A DNA stretch of 64,000 bases, from NCBI GenBank assembly GCA_905178155.1, contig CAJINV010000014.1, forward strand, positions 1,629,984 through 1,693,983, in the 5' to 3' direction. The notes beneath the pieces were generated by a model, which saw only the letters and a program-made list of their open reading frames with translations, made no database searches and had not been told where the DNA came from. Of this stretch, positions 23,406 through 37,554 are shown one piece after another (the first letter of the stretch is position 1; each line of letters begins with the position of its first letter). Made by a program: the position numbers and the translations under genes. The DNA is from Amoebophrya sp. A120 (Eukaryota; Protista; Dinoflagellata).

Positions 23406-24231
23406 AACTTGCATTGATTCGCACAAAAAGCATAAACAAGAACAACATTTATTACGACGACTTTCAGTATGAAATTGAAAATCCGGGTACTGAGTAATTA
23501 CTAACGCGTGTCAGGTTTCAGGATCGAGAACTGCAGGAGTGCGCCACGAAAATCCAAGACATAATCATAAACATGAGTTGCAGTTGGAGTTTGTACATAA
23601 CACAGCTAGTCGATTCTTGCTGCAGTCGATACGATTATAGTCCTGGGGTACGGCTCGTTTACCATTTGGACAATGGCGCAAGAAGACCAAGGCTTCGTCG
23701 CCTGAAGCTGAAGCTAATTCTAATTCAAACTCTTGAACCGCAGCACTGGCACACGAACGACACGAAACAGCAAGGGCATGATCAAGATCGAGTAACAAGT
23801 AAGAGAATTTGAACTGAGCTTTCGTCTCTACTTCCGCCGCTTCCTTGTCGCGGTGGGGCGGCGTTCTTCAGCTCGTTTGTGTTCTTCGAGATCGAGTGTG
23901 CCAGTCTCACGAAACCACGTTGCTCTTCCTTGTTCTTCACGAATCACGACCTTCATCCTGATCATCTTCCGAATCAACATCATCTTCAGGCATCGGTAAT
24001 ACAGCGGCGCTGGCAGCAAGAGCAACGAGCACTTCGAGTTGTTCCCGAACAATTCTACAGTTGTAGATGAAGAAGCCAAAGCGTCGATCAACAAGAGCAA
24101 AGGGATGATAAGGAAAATCGCTCGTCACTCACACTCCTGCTGAAGAGTCGTCGTAATTTCACGTAGTTGGAATATCGCATTAGGAGTAGTTGTCTATCGA
24201 GCTCGAGGTAGACACTCCATTTTTAACAAAA

Positions 24232-27200
24232 ATGTTGGTATCTCTGAACCAAAGCACCACGACCGCGGAGCGCTCTCTCGCGGCAACCACATCACCCGCT
24301 ACGACATCACCCTCGTCCACGTTCCTCCCCTACCTGTTCCTCACCCTTTTTCTCCACCTGGCTTTCGGCCTTTTCCAGGTTGCTGGCCGGTATTTGCAAA
24401 CAGTCGCTGGGCTGCAGGCGTTTTACCTGCTGGGTGGATTGAATTTTGTCAGCTGGACCCTCATATTTCTGAGTTGCTGTGTACCGTCTTCGTGTCTTCT
24501 AAGTGGGAAAAATAAAGCAGATGTAACTTCGCAAGAACCGCAAGCAGCACAGACGATCGTGACCACCACCTCCACTAGTACAGGACTGCGACTTTCAGGA
24601 ACGCATCTCACATTTTCCGGTCCACCAGCTCGTCGGGGCAGCAGTAGGAGTGGTTCTGCTTCTATCTTCCGGAACAAAAAATCAATGTCCACCAAATCGG
24701 TTTGGTCCAGAAGAAGTGGCTCGGGGCGCGTGGACGTACACAGATATTCATATTCTGTGCAGCGGGACGTCGAGGAAGATCTTCGAGATGTAGAAGAAGT
24801 AAATGACCCTTGCGTGGTGGTTGACGTTGAGGACCACGGAGGTGCTGATGCGTCTCAAGCTGCAAGTGCAAATATCGGAAAAATGCTTGATGTTCCCGTC
24901 GTTCCTACGGCGAAGAACAAGATGAAGCGTTTGAATTTGACAAGTTACTCCAGTAACGGGCCCCCAAAACAGGAGCAGAAGAAACTTGAAAAAAACCTTA
25001 AAAAAACTTGAGCATTTTTGATTTATAACAATTTAAAAAGCAAAAACCAAGAGGGGCAGCCGGAGGAGAAAAAAAACGCACGGAACGGACGCGATTTCCG
25101 GTTTCTGGAAATCGCAATCGCGCCGGCGATTTTGAAAAACTAAGCGAGGTGAACGGCTGGCGCAGATTCAAAATCAAAGGACTCGAACGGGAGGAATTTT
25201 TTTCATTTTATGGCGCGCCAAAATCCACATCTGTGCTGCAGGAATAGCCATCCATAATTTTCGCGCGAAGGCGCGCCACTTTCAAAAGTTTACGAGTGCG
25301 ACCCGGGGCAGATATTTTCCGCAGACATGGGGCAGCATTTCGCACGAACTTGACGGCCGCGGGGCGCGGTTCTTCTTCATTTAGGTGGGGGTCGCCTCGA
25401 TGCATTCACTGCGCCGCGTGCGGGGGTGTTCAAAGTCCCTGCCTCGCACGGGCGCCGGCTGCCGGGGTGCCCGAGCTTGGCGGGCGGTGGGGCTCTGGCC
25501 CTTGCGAGGCCTTTTTGTAGTGCCGAAGCGGCCCCACTCAGAAGGCTTGCCGGCACAAAGGGCGGGCGCAGCGGGCCGTCCTTCCCGGGCCCCCCCGGAG
25601 GCCCTTTCATAATACACAAAGCCCCGCGGCCAGCGGGACTCTGCGCAAGCAGCTTCTGGCCCCCTAGGCTTGTACGCTGAGGGGCGCCCACGCGCGTGGG
25701 CAGGCGGCCTCTTTGTTCCCCGCGCCGTGTTTGCGCGGGTGCGATCCGGCCCGGAAAATGAAGAAAATCAAAAGTGCCACACCATCGGTCGGAGGGTGTG
25801 ATACTTTTTGCCGCGGTGCTGTCATGCATGCAAAAAAACACGCAAAACCCGCGTCGACCATGCCATTGGCTCTGGGGTGTGATACTTTTTGGCAGGATGA
25901 GTTCACGGAGGCCGAAAATGATGAAAGCGACGCCGGCCATGCCGTGGGCTCTAGGTTGTGATACTTTTTGCCAGGCTGCTACGGCGTTCAAACTTGCAAC
26001 CCGGCGAAAGTGTTGGCGAAAATGCGTCACCTCCGCCGAAGCATCTCGGCAGCAGACGAAAAAAACTTGGATCTGCCGACGTTTTTGGGCCAAAATCTGA
26101 AGGGCTCCGCCCACCATACCATTGGGGCTAGCTTGCGATGGCTTCCAAGCACGCGACCCGGCTTGCAAGTCTATTCCAAGTTTATTTCACGTTTTTGCTG
26201 CGATTTCGGCCGCCCGCGGGCGTGCCCAATTTTGGGCTACTTCCTGAGGCCTGTCCACGGGCTGACGGAGCCGATTTGCGAGTCGCAAAAGCGGCGGCGC
26301 CTTCCGAAGGCGCCGGCCGAACTTGGGAAGGGGGGTAAAATCCTGACTTTTGCTGGTTTTCTTCGCCAATGGTGCCGCCGTGGTAAAAAGTATCACACCC
26401 TGGCGCCGCTTGCATGGCGAACGCAGGTTGCCGCGATGGCGAAAGCGAAAACCTTCGCCCGCGTGCCCGCCCTGCGAAAAAGTATCACGCCCCAGCGCCC
26501 ATGGTATGGTCGGTCGGGCTTTCCGCCATGCCCCCCGGCTGCTTGCTAAGCACGCCGCGCCCGCTGGCGCCGCCAGCCTGGGCGCGGCCGGCCCCCTCGC
26601 TCGCCCCGGCGGCCCACGGTGTCCCTTCGTGATTTCTACCGGCGCGCCGCGGCCGCCCCCGGCCCATCGATCGGCAGGCTGCGCCGGCCATCCGCCAGGG
26701 GCGGGCACCGACAAGCCCGGCGCACGCGGGTGCGCTGGGCTATTCTCAACAAAGAAGAGGACGGACCAGCGCGCCACCCCTAGCGCCCACCGTCGCCCGC
26801 CCGGGCGGGCGCGCCCCCTCCGTGTGGCCTGCCGGCCTTTTTGGGGCATCAGGCGGGCCCGGCGTTCTTTTCGGCATTGGCGGCGTGGGGCCAGCTTCTC
26901 GCCAGTGATCGGGCGGATTGATTAGTGGCGGGCGCGTTCTGCTTTTTCTAGGTATAACGAAAAAGCAGCGAAGGCGGCACCCAAAACAGTCCGCGCCCGG
27001 TCTAAATCTCGACAATAGGCAGTTTTGGCTGGAGCGGCCAATTGTCCGGATTCAGATCGTGTTTTGATTTCAAAGCAAAGCGGCTGGGGTTCCTGGCATA
27101 TTTCGCGAAAAACAGTACGAAGAGGCACAGAAAGCGTCGCGCCGTGCCATAGCTTGTCCTCCTGTTGCTGGTTTCAAAGTTGGGCGCGTCACAGGTGCGC

Positions 27201-29556
27201 TCACAGAACAGCTCACTTTGAAGCCGTCGCGACCCTCTCGAATATGGGTCGCGCAAGTCTTTGGCAACTTGGTTGCAAGTTTCGATCTCCATAAAATTGG
27301 GGGTCCGTTCCACCAGTAAACAAGTAAGTCGAGTCCAGCACAGGAGCATTGGACGAGGACCTCGCCAGGAAAGAAGATGAACCCGAACCGCCGGCACTTG
27401 GTCACTGCCTCCGGGATAAAACTGGTGGAGGCGGCAATGCGACTGTAAGGCCGAACAACATCTTCGGCGTAGAAGTACTACTTCCGGGAGGAACTTCAGC
27501 GGAGGTGGAAGCAGCTGCATCCTCATCAAGGGACGACGGCGCTAGAAGTCGTGTAGTCGACAACGATAGCAAAGACGAAGAGGAGGTACTAGACCTGCAA
27601 GATGACTCCTCTCCTGAAAGACGAGCTGGTGCGCCATCTTCATCCTCAAATCCTGGAGCCGCGGAAGTAGATGAGCTAGACCCCAGCGACGTCGTCCCCA
27701 CGTCCTCGAAGAAGAAAAACAAGTTTCTGATCGGCACCACTTACGGCGCAGTCACGGTCTTCCGCGCCCTAAGCAATCTGCTCTCCACGTCCGTAACCCT
27801 GGCCTACTACCTCCAAAGCGTCGCCCAGCTCGCGCCCTTTGTCGTCGCGTTTCTCGCATTTTTGTTCCTCAACGAGCGAGATGCATTGCAAAAGCTGTAA
27901 TACCATGCCAGTACTAGTAGTTGCATTTGCATGTTGTGCTTGTGAGTCACACCATCAATAACATGAAATATGGAGCCTGTAAGGCTGATTTACGTTATCC
28001 TTAGGAAGTGGACTCATCTATCACATAAGTAATTCCAGATTCCACAACTTATAGAACAACAACAAGTGCGATATAAATTACTTTTGCAGAGCATAAGGGA
28101 ACGAGGCCGAAGGGGTTCTGGATCGCGTGCGTGTTGTGCGTGGTCAGTTCCGGACTCGTGATTCTCGGAAAGCACATTACGGAAGCGAATTCTAGCACGT
28201 CGGCACAGGGAGAGGCGGACCCTAGTACCGCTGCGTCAAAGCCTGCCGCTGTTGTGACACACTCACACCATGAGGACCACCTGCTGGCAAAGATAAACCC
28301 ACTCCCAGCTGCCCCGGCATTACAACATGATCTACTGCGTGACGGTCACCAGCGGAGAACAACAGCGCATCAAAAGATGTTGGGCCAAGAAGTAGAGCAA
28401 GAAGGACTACTTGTTTCAGTTGCCCGTCGGCCTCAACACGTATTTCACGAACAGCAGAAAGATAATTTTTACCCGGCCGACACAGGCACTCCTCGAGATC
28501 TATCACCGCAGAAAACGCAACGCCTCCCCCCCCTCCCCGCCGACCCGACCGCGCCGGCGAACATCGCGCTTGGCGTCTTTCTGCAAATTATCTGCATTTT
28601 CCTCCTGTCCTCCACCCGAATTGCGATGAAGCAGACGGCCAGGGTCGGGCTCACACCCCGGGAACTGGCCACGTACCAGTATGGAATGAACATCACGTTG
28701 CTGCTCGTGGTAACGTATTGGTACGAAGAGGGGTCTTTCGCAAATTGGTGGAAACTGTATTCCAATCTCTCTACCTTTGACTATGCGCTGTTTTTCTTCG
28801 TCGCCATCGTCATCACGTTTTACGCAAACCAGAAGCAGTATGAACGCGTCAGAATCGAAATTCACAAAGTTGAAGTTGTATTTTTCGGCGACGCATAAAC
28901 AAATGCAAGGCACAAGATACCTGCCGTACTGCGGGTGTCAGCTGCCCGTTGTTCGGGGTTGGAGATATTAGAGCTGCTAACCTATCGCTTGGTTCTTTTG
29001 GTGCCCACATATTCCTATTAGCGCGACAAATTGTAGACCGTTTTGCACATGACTTCAACACTATCGATTTCAATTCTGACATCCTCATAAGCAAATCGAA
29101 GCCGTGCGGATTCTTGGGCCCACACTGTACAGCAGTTTTCAGCCCCTCCGGCTGGTGAGTTCCGTCTGTGGCAGTTATTTTCTGTTGCGCGAGCCGGTGG
29201 AGTCAGCGGTGTCTTGGGTCGGAATTTTTCTCTTGTGCTGCACATTGTGGGTGTACTTCGGAATGCAGCTGTGGGAGAAGAAAAAAATGGACATGGTGGA
29301 AGGTGCGAAGTTGATGAGCTCTACTGAAGCAGATCTAGAGAAATACGAACGCTGCACGAAAACCGAGCTAAAACTTGTGTCCGGGCATGGACATTTTGCG
29401 GCCAACACCGATGAAGAAACGACAAGAACAACGAAAAAAAACAAACATCCCGATGATGAAGACGAAGATGAAACATTCGAAATAAAGATTGACAACAAGA
29501 TAAAAACAATTGGAAAGAACACCAGAGAGGTCAATAGAGTCGGAATGATGGAATGA
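24232..29556 (+). CDS. EamA/DMT-superfamily-like multi-pass transporter, multi-exon
   Basis: Hydrophobic helices in ORFs 24190, 27349, 28131 and 29104. DMT-like signatures QLAPFVVAFLAFLFLNE and LGPTLYSSFQPLRLVSSVCGSYFLLREPV...WVGIFLL. Confidence 0.75.
24946..27318. mobile_element. ~2.4-kb GC-rich, probably non-coding insert with short imperfect TIRs and facing internal repeats
   Basis: TACTCCAGTAACGGGCCCCCAA (24946-24967) pairs imperfectly with TTGGGGGTCCGTTCCACCAGTA (27297-27318); it interrupts the transporter gene. Confidence 0.6.
28839..29089. mobile_element. Introner, family B (TIR core CAGRATCGAAAT), TSD AGCAG/AGCAA
   Basis: TATG...CATA termini; removing 28838-29090 gives in-frame NQKQQIEAVRILGP. 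Confidence 0.8.
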
Positions 29557-31691
29557 CATTGTCACTGACACAACATTGAGATTGACAATGTAGGTCTATG
29601 TGTATCTGCGAAGGATGTACTTACGAGTTCGACCAATTGGAATCATTATTATCCATCATGATGGGTTAACGCCTGAACAAAACACCACATAGATTATCTT
29701 CGTGAAAGGAAACCAAATCGACCACGAGCACACGCTGAACCCGAGCCGACAATACCCATCCAGACAAACTTTGTGATCCGACTAGCAGGAGCGGAAGCCG
29801 ACTGCCAGTGTGGTGATGTTTACCTATCTCACGGCCGGGGTAGAAGATGTAGCCAGCGCTTGCACTGAACGCGAAACGTCGGGACTGGGTTGCGCCCTCC
29901 TTCAGGGAGACATCGAAGGGGGCGCACCCTTCAGGTACTCTGTTATGCGTTCCACCCGTCTTCCTGGCCATCGAAAATTCGTGATGCAGATTGTTTTGAT
30001 TTTGAGGAACTATTGTGTGTGCCGCCCCTGTCTCGTCCCTGCTGTCACATCGCAGGTTCCCTGTCCTACGGCCGCTACCTCGTGTTCGCCCTGCTCAGCA
30101 TGCCCAAGACCGAGACATGACACTAGCACCCTTGCCAGCTGCACACATCCCTCCTCGTGTAACGGCCGCCGGAGGAGCGCAGCCTACCAGCAATGCAGAA
30201 CACCCGCGCAGGCCACGAACGCGGGAACGGGCTGCATCTTTCCCCTCGAGGCGGGGAGAGGTGCACCCACCAGGTACTCTGTACTGTTGAACGTTCCGAC
30301 TACATGCTGATGATGATGCTGATGATTTTACTGGTGGCAGTGTGCTTCTGCTTGCATGGAATTCTGTCGCGGCCTGTCCTGCTTCCGCCCACACACAACC
30401 CACAGGTATGTGGGCCCCGAGCTGTTGCGCCCCCCGCAACCCCAGTTACGAACCTGCGCACGCTGGCCGATAGCGATAACTAGGGACGAACGGTGGCACA
30501 TCCATGGGCCGGGGCGGCGGCGAAGCAAGGCGCGCTGCAGCGGGACCGTCGGTGGGGGAAAAATCCGGCAGCCTGCGAGAGAGGAAATGTCCACTGAGCA
30601 GCTCAATGCAGTGTGTGCCGTAGCTCCGTTGTAGTGCCGTGACTTTGAAAAAATGGAAAAAACACAGAAAGGGCTACTCCATTTTTACTCGAACCAATAG
30701 TACTGCAACTCCTACTTCCTGTACGTAACTTTCAGAAAAACTTGTAATCGGAACGACTTTGGAAAACAGTGTAAGTCCAGAAAACTTGTATCTCATTCGA
30801 AAACTTTCCACAACGAAAGCAAGCTTTAGGATCGAAATTCAACTATAGACTTTGCGACTTGTAGACCTTAAATTTGAAACTTTAAACTCGACAACAGTAG
30901 TGAAAACTTTTTGGTTGAGCAACAACAGCAGCACGAGAAAGGACGAGGTAGAGAGTAGTAAGCGGAAACGATCAAAGCATCGCAGTTCAAGTTAGTTTCA
31001 GCGTAGGAATAGCTTTTATTTTAGCGTAAGAGTTGGTCTTTTCGGTAGCAAGCAGAGGTAGGAAAAGAGGTTTTAGTTGTTGTCTTTTTTCACAGGCTTT
31101 CGATGAAGCAGGGATTTTTCTTGAAATAGCGCTAGAGAGAAAAGGTGTGTAAACGCGTTCCCACCTTCTCGCATGAGCACAAACAAACAAACAATTATCT
31201 TCGTCTTTTCTGACAACTTCAATATGACCGATCCATCATTTTTTTTTTCGTCGATATTATCATTGTATTTAATTTCCTAGATATCATCCTTGGAATCAGA
31301 TATCCAAATCCATAATCCATATCCTGAATCAAATTGAATCAATCTGGAAAAAAATTATTCTTGATATCCGAATTCTGAATTTCGATCGAGATATATCTGG
31401 AGAAGATCGTAATTCATATCCAAGCTACAACTACATCTCAAATTGAAAGGAGAAAAAGAACAGATTTATTTTTCAACAGATGCAGACCAAAATTAAATTT
31501 AAATTTTTATGGAAGTAGTCGTTGCAAAATCATGAATTTATTGTTGATTGTTGGTTGAAGATTTAGATCCGGAAATTGTTACAATAGAAATCCTGAAGGT
31601 TGTCGTAGTTTTATTTTAGTTAGTCTCAGTTTGAAGGTGACAGGGAAGAATTGATGTGAGAACTGAACATTGGATATTTTCGGGCCTCGAA

Positions 31692-32960
31692 AAATTGTCA
31701 GGTTGCCGGCCCCGGGCAAGCTGCCCGGTTTGAAATTGGTGTAAAAAAGCATTAATGTAAAAGCAGAAAGGTGGGCAAGGAAATACGCAAAAGCGACGGT
31801 GGGAAAGCCCAGAGAGAAGACACGGCACATGGCCCAAACAACCAGGGGGCGAACACAGGAAGGGGCCGCGGGCGCGCGAGGGCAACCGGGCCCGGCTGCC
31901 CCCGGTCCCATCGCGCCCCTGCCTTCTGCGCCAGATCGCGAAGCGGAACCGGGGCCCGAAGCGGAATGGGTGGAGCCAGGGCGCCCCAATGGCCCGGGCA
32001 AACATAGGCAACCCCGGGGGCGACGCTGGCACAACGCTGCCCGGGAATCAGAGGCAAACTCCGCCAATGACCAAGAGGAGACAACGCGAGGGCCCCGCGG
32101 GCTGCGCCGAAAAACCTAGATCGCAAAAACGGCGCCCAAAACGAAAAACCACGGCCCCCCCGGATGCTGCCCAAACCATCCCCAAAAAGTTGCAGCTTTT
32201 TCTGCTTTCTCCAGCTTGGGTTTCGGGTGTGGTTAGTGCTTTAATTCATGTTTAATTTTTTTTTAGTTGGTTGTTTAATTTTGCATTAAAATTTGCATTA
32301 ATTTGCTTCCAAGGCGTTTCCTTAGGGAAAACGCCTATGAAGCAAATTAGTGCAATTTTATTGCATGAATTATTGCACCAATTAATGTGATCATTAATCC
32401 GCGACCATCCTCTGCGGACAGTCGCGGACTAATCCGGAAAAGGTGGGACTCTGGTTGACGACAAGAACTGGAGTCCGGGCGGAACCTCGCGGATCGAAGA
32501 CTCGGGGCCCTACACATGACCGACCGGCAAAGGAAGCCCGATAATGTTGCACGGCCCCACCAAGCCAAAGGGAGAGAACAACCAACCCAACCGCCACCCA
32601 AAGGACAACCAGGCGGCAGAACAACTCGAAAAGGAGCAAGGCGGCCCGGGAGGGAGTTGCGCCGCCAAAGCGGCGTGTCCTTCTGTTGGACAACACACGA
32701 AGCGGCGCCCATGTTGGGAAAATAGGGAAACATATACAAAGGACCCGGTGGGTGGGGGGCCAAAAACACGAACACCGAACACACCACCTCCCCCGGGGAA
32801 ACCGAGGCCGGGGCGCTTTTTCAGGCTACCGAACACAAAAAGGCCCGGGCAGACCAAGAAAAAGGACCCAGGCCAAAAAGTCCGCGCGCTTTGAGCTTCA
32901 TGCTTTTTCATGCCGATTTTAATCATCGAAATTTGCCAGGGCCTGGCTGCCTGAAAATTG
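31692..32960. mobile_element. ~1.27-kb symmetric non-coding element with diverged ~60-bp terminal inverted repeats and a central hairpin
   Basis: 31692-31753 aligns without gaps, with many mismatches, to the reverse complement of 32899-32960; hairpin at 32282-32365. Confidence 0.5.
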
Positions 32961-33510
32961 ATGCCATGGCCAGACATGGAAAGAAAGAAAGAAAGATGGT
33001 TGATTTTTTCTCATAAAAAAATAAATTATAGAATTTCTAGGATTTGGATCGATGGATGATTTTGAAAATTGAAAATCATGATAATAGAAAATTTCGAAAA
33101 GAAATTATCATCAAGATTTATTTCCATTCTGAGTTTCGATTTTCCGAAAAAAAATTAAATTCCGATATCAATCCAGATCTTGAATAGAATTCCAGAAAAG
33201 AATCCAAATTTGCCTCGATTCTTGAAAAATCAATGAAGATTCGAAGAATCTCGATCGAGAATGAAAGACAAAAGAAATAAAATTGATTTTTTCTTTCTTT
33301 CTTTCTCTCTCTCATGTCTGGATATGATGACAAATGTTCAAACCCCTAAAAAATCCATCATTTTCATCTCATATAGGTCGACATGGAAATTCATGGATTT
33401 TACCATTCAAATAATGATTTTTTTATCCTTATATTCTATTGAATATTCATATCATTGATTCGATGAGAATCTCGATAGAAATTGAAAAATCTCGATGATG
33501 ATCTTTAGAA

Positions 33511-33655
33511 TTTCGATGGGGAATTGATGAATCTCGATGGAGAATTGATGAATCTCGATGGAGAATTCAATTTGAGTTGAAGAATCTCGATGGAAAATTA
33601 AAGATTATCGATGGGAAATTGAAGAATTGATGAATTTCGATGGAGAATTGAAGAT
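33511..33655 (+). repeat. Degenerate ~21-bp tandem repeat (GAATTGATGAATCTCGATGGA)
   Basis: About 5-6 degenerate units in AT-rich sequence. Confidence 0.8.
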
Positions 33656-33859
33656 TTCCGAATGTATCGATTCATGATTCGATTAATTTTCATGTTGTTG
33701 TTATTTTCAAACTTGAAATTTTTCGGTTTGTGCAGCCGATTAAATCATTTTTTGTGTTTTTCAATAATTGAGGTAGAGGTCACGTTCTGTCATGATTCAT
33801 CTGTTCTCGCAGTTCGTGCATGCATTTCCATGTTGATCGATGGAGATGGTCTAGTATCA

Positions 33860-36566
33860 TCAATGTCGATAGCCCATTCCTCCCCAGAGTGTGACCAGTG
33901 TCACGCATGCGCGCAGACCAAATTTGAGCAATATCATCACAAAATTTTTGAAATCGCCGCAGTTGTCCCATCCTCCTTTCCTTGCCTGTGGGGCGAATTG
34001 GGGGCCCTTTCCATTGGTGCTCGACATTGGCATTGCAAGATGAGTTGCAGTGGGTGTCATCGCGCCGCCGGTGTTTTTCATGTGTGTGTCCTTCGGCCTC
34101 GACTGCTGGCTGCTTTCTTGGAAATCATCTTGTCCAGTCGCAGGACTCTCGTCAACAGCAGCCACCTCTAATGGAGATCTTGATTTTTCTTTCGCAAAAT
34201 CAAAATTCTTTACCGGCCACCGCCACTGCCACAAATCTTCCACCAGAGCCGGCCCGGGCGAACTGAAGAACATCCCGAAAATATTCTGCGTCAAAACGTC
34301 ATTGCCCCACACTCAAGTAGACGGGCAAATTGATACACAAACGAACAATTTTGGGTTGTCGCACCTGACAACTCTGGGGGCGCAGCGCATGACATCATAC
34401 ATTTGAGCCATGCAGATTTTCATAACAAATCTTGGGTGGGAAGAACAGTACAGGCGTTTTTCTCAGGATAGAAGAAAATGAAAGACCACACCTGCGTCAT
34501 CGCGCCGGCTAGAATGGACATCTGGCAGATCGGAATCCAAACCAAGTAGCAGACTTTCCGCCTGTGGACCCGGTTTAGTTCGTCCGTTTTCAAGACCATG
34601 TGCCCCGTGATTTCAAACGCGGACTTCAGCCTTTCCGCCACGCCGTAGTCGTAGGTGTAGTTGTCTATTTCTAACAGGAACAAAACCGCAATCGCGTTTA
34701 AGCAGATGGAGAGTGCGTCCCTGCCCCGAAAGATAATCAGCATCGGGATGACGACGATAATGATCGGAATCAACATGAACTGGCGCACGAAGGAGAAAAG
34801 TTTCAGGAGGCGCAGAACAAACCGGCGGCGGACTGACAGCTTTAGACTCGTTATGAAAATTTTCTCGATCATTTTTACAATTTTTTCTTCGTCTCGCCTC
34901 CTCGTCCTCCCAGCGCTCCAACGCGAAGTCGCACAGTTGAATATCCCTCAATTCCCGGCAGATCGCCAGACCGATGATGAAGCTGGAAAAAAGGGTGACG
35001 TAAACGTCGCTCAAGCTCAGTTCCAGGGTCGTCAACGCCATCCCGAACATATGCAAGAAAACAATTGCGGAAGTGTAGTAAGTTTATACACCTGCGAAGC
35101 ATCATGATGCAAAACTGTAGTATACGGGTGCTAGTGTAGTTATGCTACACAGCGGCCATAAGCATAACCATATTAGAGTCCCTGTCATCTTTCATATCTG
35201 TTTCCCCGTATAACGAGCTGTGCGTGACAAGGCTTCCTCTGCCATGCAGAAGGAATTTGTCATGCTGTCACAACTCCAAGAAGAAGAGCCTTCACTAAAG
35301 CAGTTTTTTTCTTGAATACACAGACCAGTCAATGTATCGGTACAGACCCGGGTAGAGCCGCGTTTCTTCTTTCTTCGATTTTTCCACTTGGCCCACCATG
35401 GAGGCAAAATCTACGTCTCCGTCGGACAAAGCGGCGATGGTTTTTTTCTCCTCGACGTCTCTTCGATTCGCCAGCTGCGCCTGAAAATCCCCCTTTATGC
35501 TGCATCTCTCGCACAGCACCGGGTAGATTTTCAGCTCATACCGGGATATCAAGGGGTTGTTCTCTTGATTAAATTCTGCGTTCGCGACCTTCACCCTGGG
35601 TTGCCAGTACTGCCGAAGTACCTCCTCCGTGGAAGTGGTGTTCGCTGCTGACGCGACGTGATTCGTCCAGTGATCGGTGTTCAGAAATTCCTCGCACAGG
35701 TCCCGGTACCACAGATTACAGTCCACGCAAAACCCCGCTTCCGGGTAGCACCAGTGCCCCGCGGCGCAAATCGTTTCGGAAAAAAGCCCGCACGTTGGCC
35801 GGGGGCACGCGCCGGCGATCATGGCGGAGAGGATCAGCTGAGTGAAAATCATGAGACAGGAGGCGGCGATCCAATAGTTACCGCGGCCGAAGGACTCTTG
35901 GAGTAGGACGGTGTGTATGCATTGAAAAAGTATCGGATTCGTAGGAATCGTAAGCTGATGCATGAAGACAAATGTCATTGTTCCAAACCCGCATAGTCCA
36001 CTTTTGTACTTGCAAAAATTTGTGATGCATTTCATACTAGGAGGAGGAGGATCCTTCACACCTGTTTTTAGCTATACATATTGCTATCAAGTGGAACATG
36101 ATGTCGCAGACCACCCGGAGGAAACGAGCAGGGAGGCATACTAGTAATACGATACTACTTTATTTACAAAATGCATAGTGTGGGCGTTTTTGTAAGCAGC
36201 GAGGGCATTGATCTCGTCGTCGGGGCTTGTTGCAGCACTTTGGGAGCAGTTACTTCTGGGAGCAGGGTTAGTTGGCGGGCTGGCGTCTTGTCCTTTAGGC
36301 TCTTTCTCGTCGTCGTGGTCGACACCTCGTGTCGCGAGGAGCTCTTGCTCGTCTGGTGCATCTTCGTCGGGAAACGAGGATGCCCTACATAACCACAAAT
36401 GTAGCGTCAACTGGTGGAAGTTCAGGGGCGTCTCTTGCAATCTTCGCTGAAATGCGAAGAAAAAGTCGCGGTCGGTAGGTTGACCCGAGGCTTGGAGGTC
36501 GAGACGGACATCTGCCGTGGCGCCGTTCACGGGCTCGACGGCTGTTGCGCTCATCGCGGGGTCCAT
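33860..36566 (-). CDS. Hypothetical multi-pass membrane protein, multi-exon (3' end uncertain)
   Basis: Collinear minus-strand ORFs 36141-36566, 35295-36059, 34613-35056 and 34420-34872 with TM helices, a Cys-rich loop and the motif DALSICLNAIAVLFLLEIDN. Confidence 0.6.
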
Positions 36567-37554
36567 CTTGTTTTTCCGCGGCTGCTACGCACGGACGGTA
36601 AAGCGAACGCAATACCTAAACCTATGGTATGACGATAGAGCAAAAAGCAAGTAGCTTCTGCTCGTTTTTCTGCGAGTACGAAAGTAAGTAGCATTGCAAC
36701 ACTATCGATTCTGAATTTGCCCTGTCTACTCGGCAAGTTAAACCACAGCAAGAAACTCGCCCAGGTCGCTCAGAAAAACTGCACGCTCGTCCAAAACCGA
36801 CCGCGATCACCTGGCACTCGCTGTAGTCGACGAGTGGTCATCACAGTTGCTTCCTATAGATTATGAACACTCAGGTAAGGACGCCTGCTGCCAAAATGAA
36901 TCTAGCAACCTTTCTGTGTCTCCATGTAGCACCTCCAGGACAATATAGAAATTGGTTAATAACGATCTCATCAGACAGAAGATTACTAAGAATGGGTGTC
37001 ATAAAAAGTCTGCTTGAACAAATCCTAGAAAATATTTTTCTATGGATTCTCGCCTTGGTTCCACACTTTCTGAAAAAGCAACTTTGTATAAATATTTTGA
37101 ATGAGTAGATTAGGGCTTACTTCTTCCTCGGCGGACACGATCTCGAGGATACGCTGAGTCTTTTTTTTGTATCAACATAATTGCGAGAAGAATGAGGAAT
37201 TTGATATGTTTCGACTTGTTCGGATGAGCCATCAACGAGGATGGAATTGACAGAAAGTATCTGTGTACATCTTAGTTTTTGTAGTTTGAGGTTGCGACAA
37301 GAATATTTTTGATGTTGAACATATTGCTGCTATCATCTCAATCTCATCGGTATGAACTGCATGATATGATTTCTGGACGTCGACATTATATGCTATCTTA
37401 AACAAGTTTTGAGTATCTACAAGCACGACTCGCGGCTGAGTTTTCCACTTCAGCTCGTTGTATTTGAATCACAAGGAGCATCACATTGGCATATAGTGAC
37501 CCCAGCAGGATATTGGACACTGGTGTTAATACAAAAGTTAAAAGATGCAACTCT

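Noticed and set aside
25200-27000. Overlapping ORFs or an rRNA-like gene in the GC-rich block (also 31580-32980)
   Set aside because: ORFs occur in all frames with R/P/G/A-rich composition typical of GC-rich non-coding DNA; no rRNA signature recognised.
29780-30480. Short diverged duplication ending CAGGTACTCTGT (near 29932 and 30271)
   Set aside because: Real similarity, but no coherent gene model or element ends could be supported.
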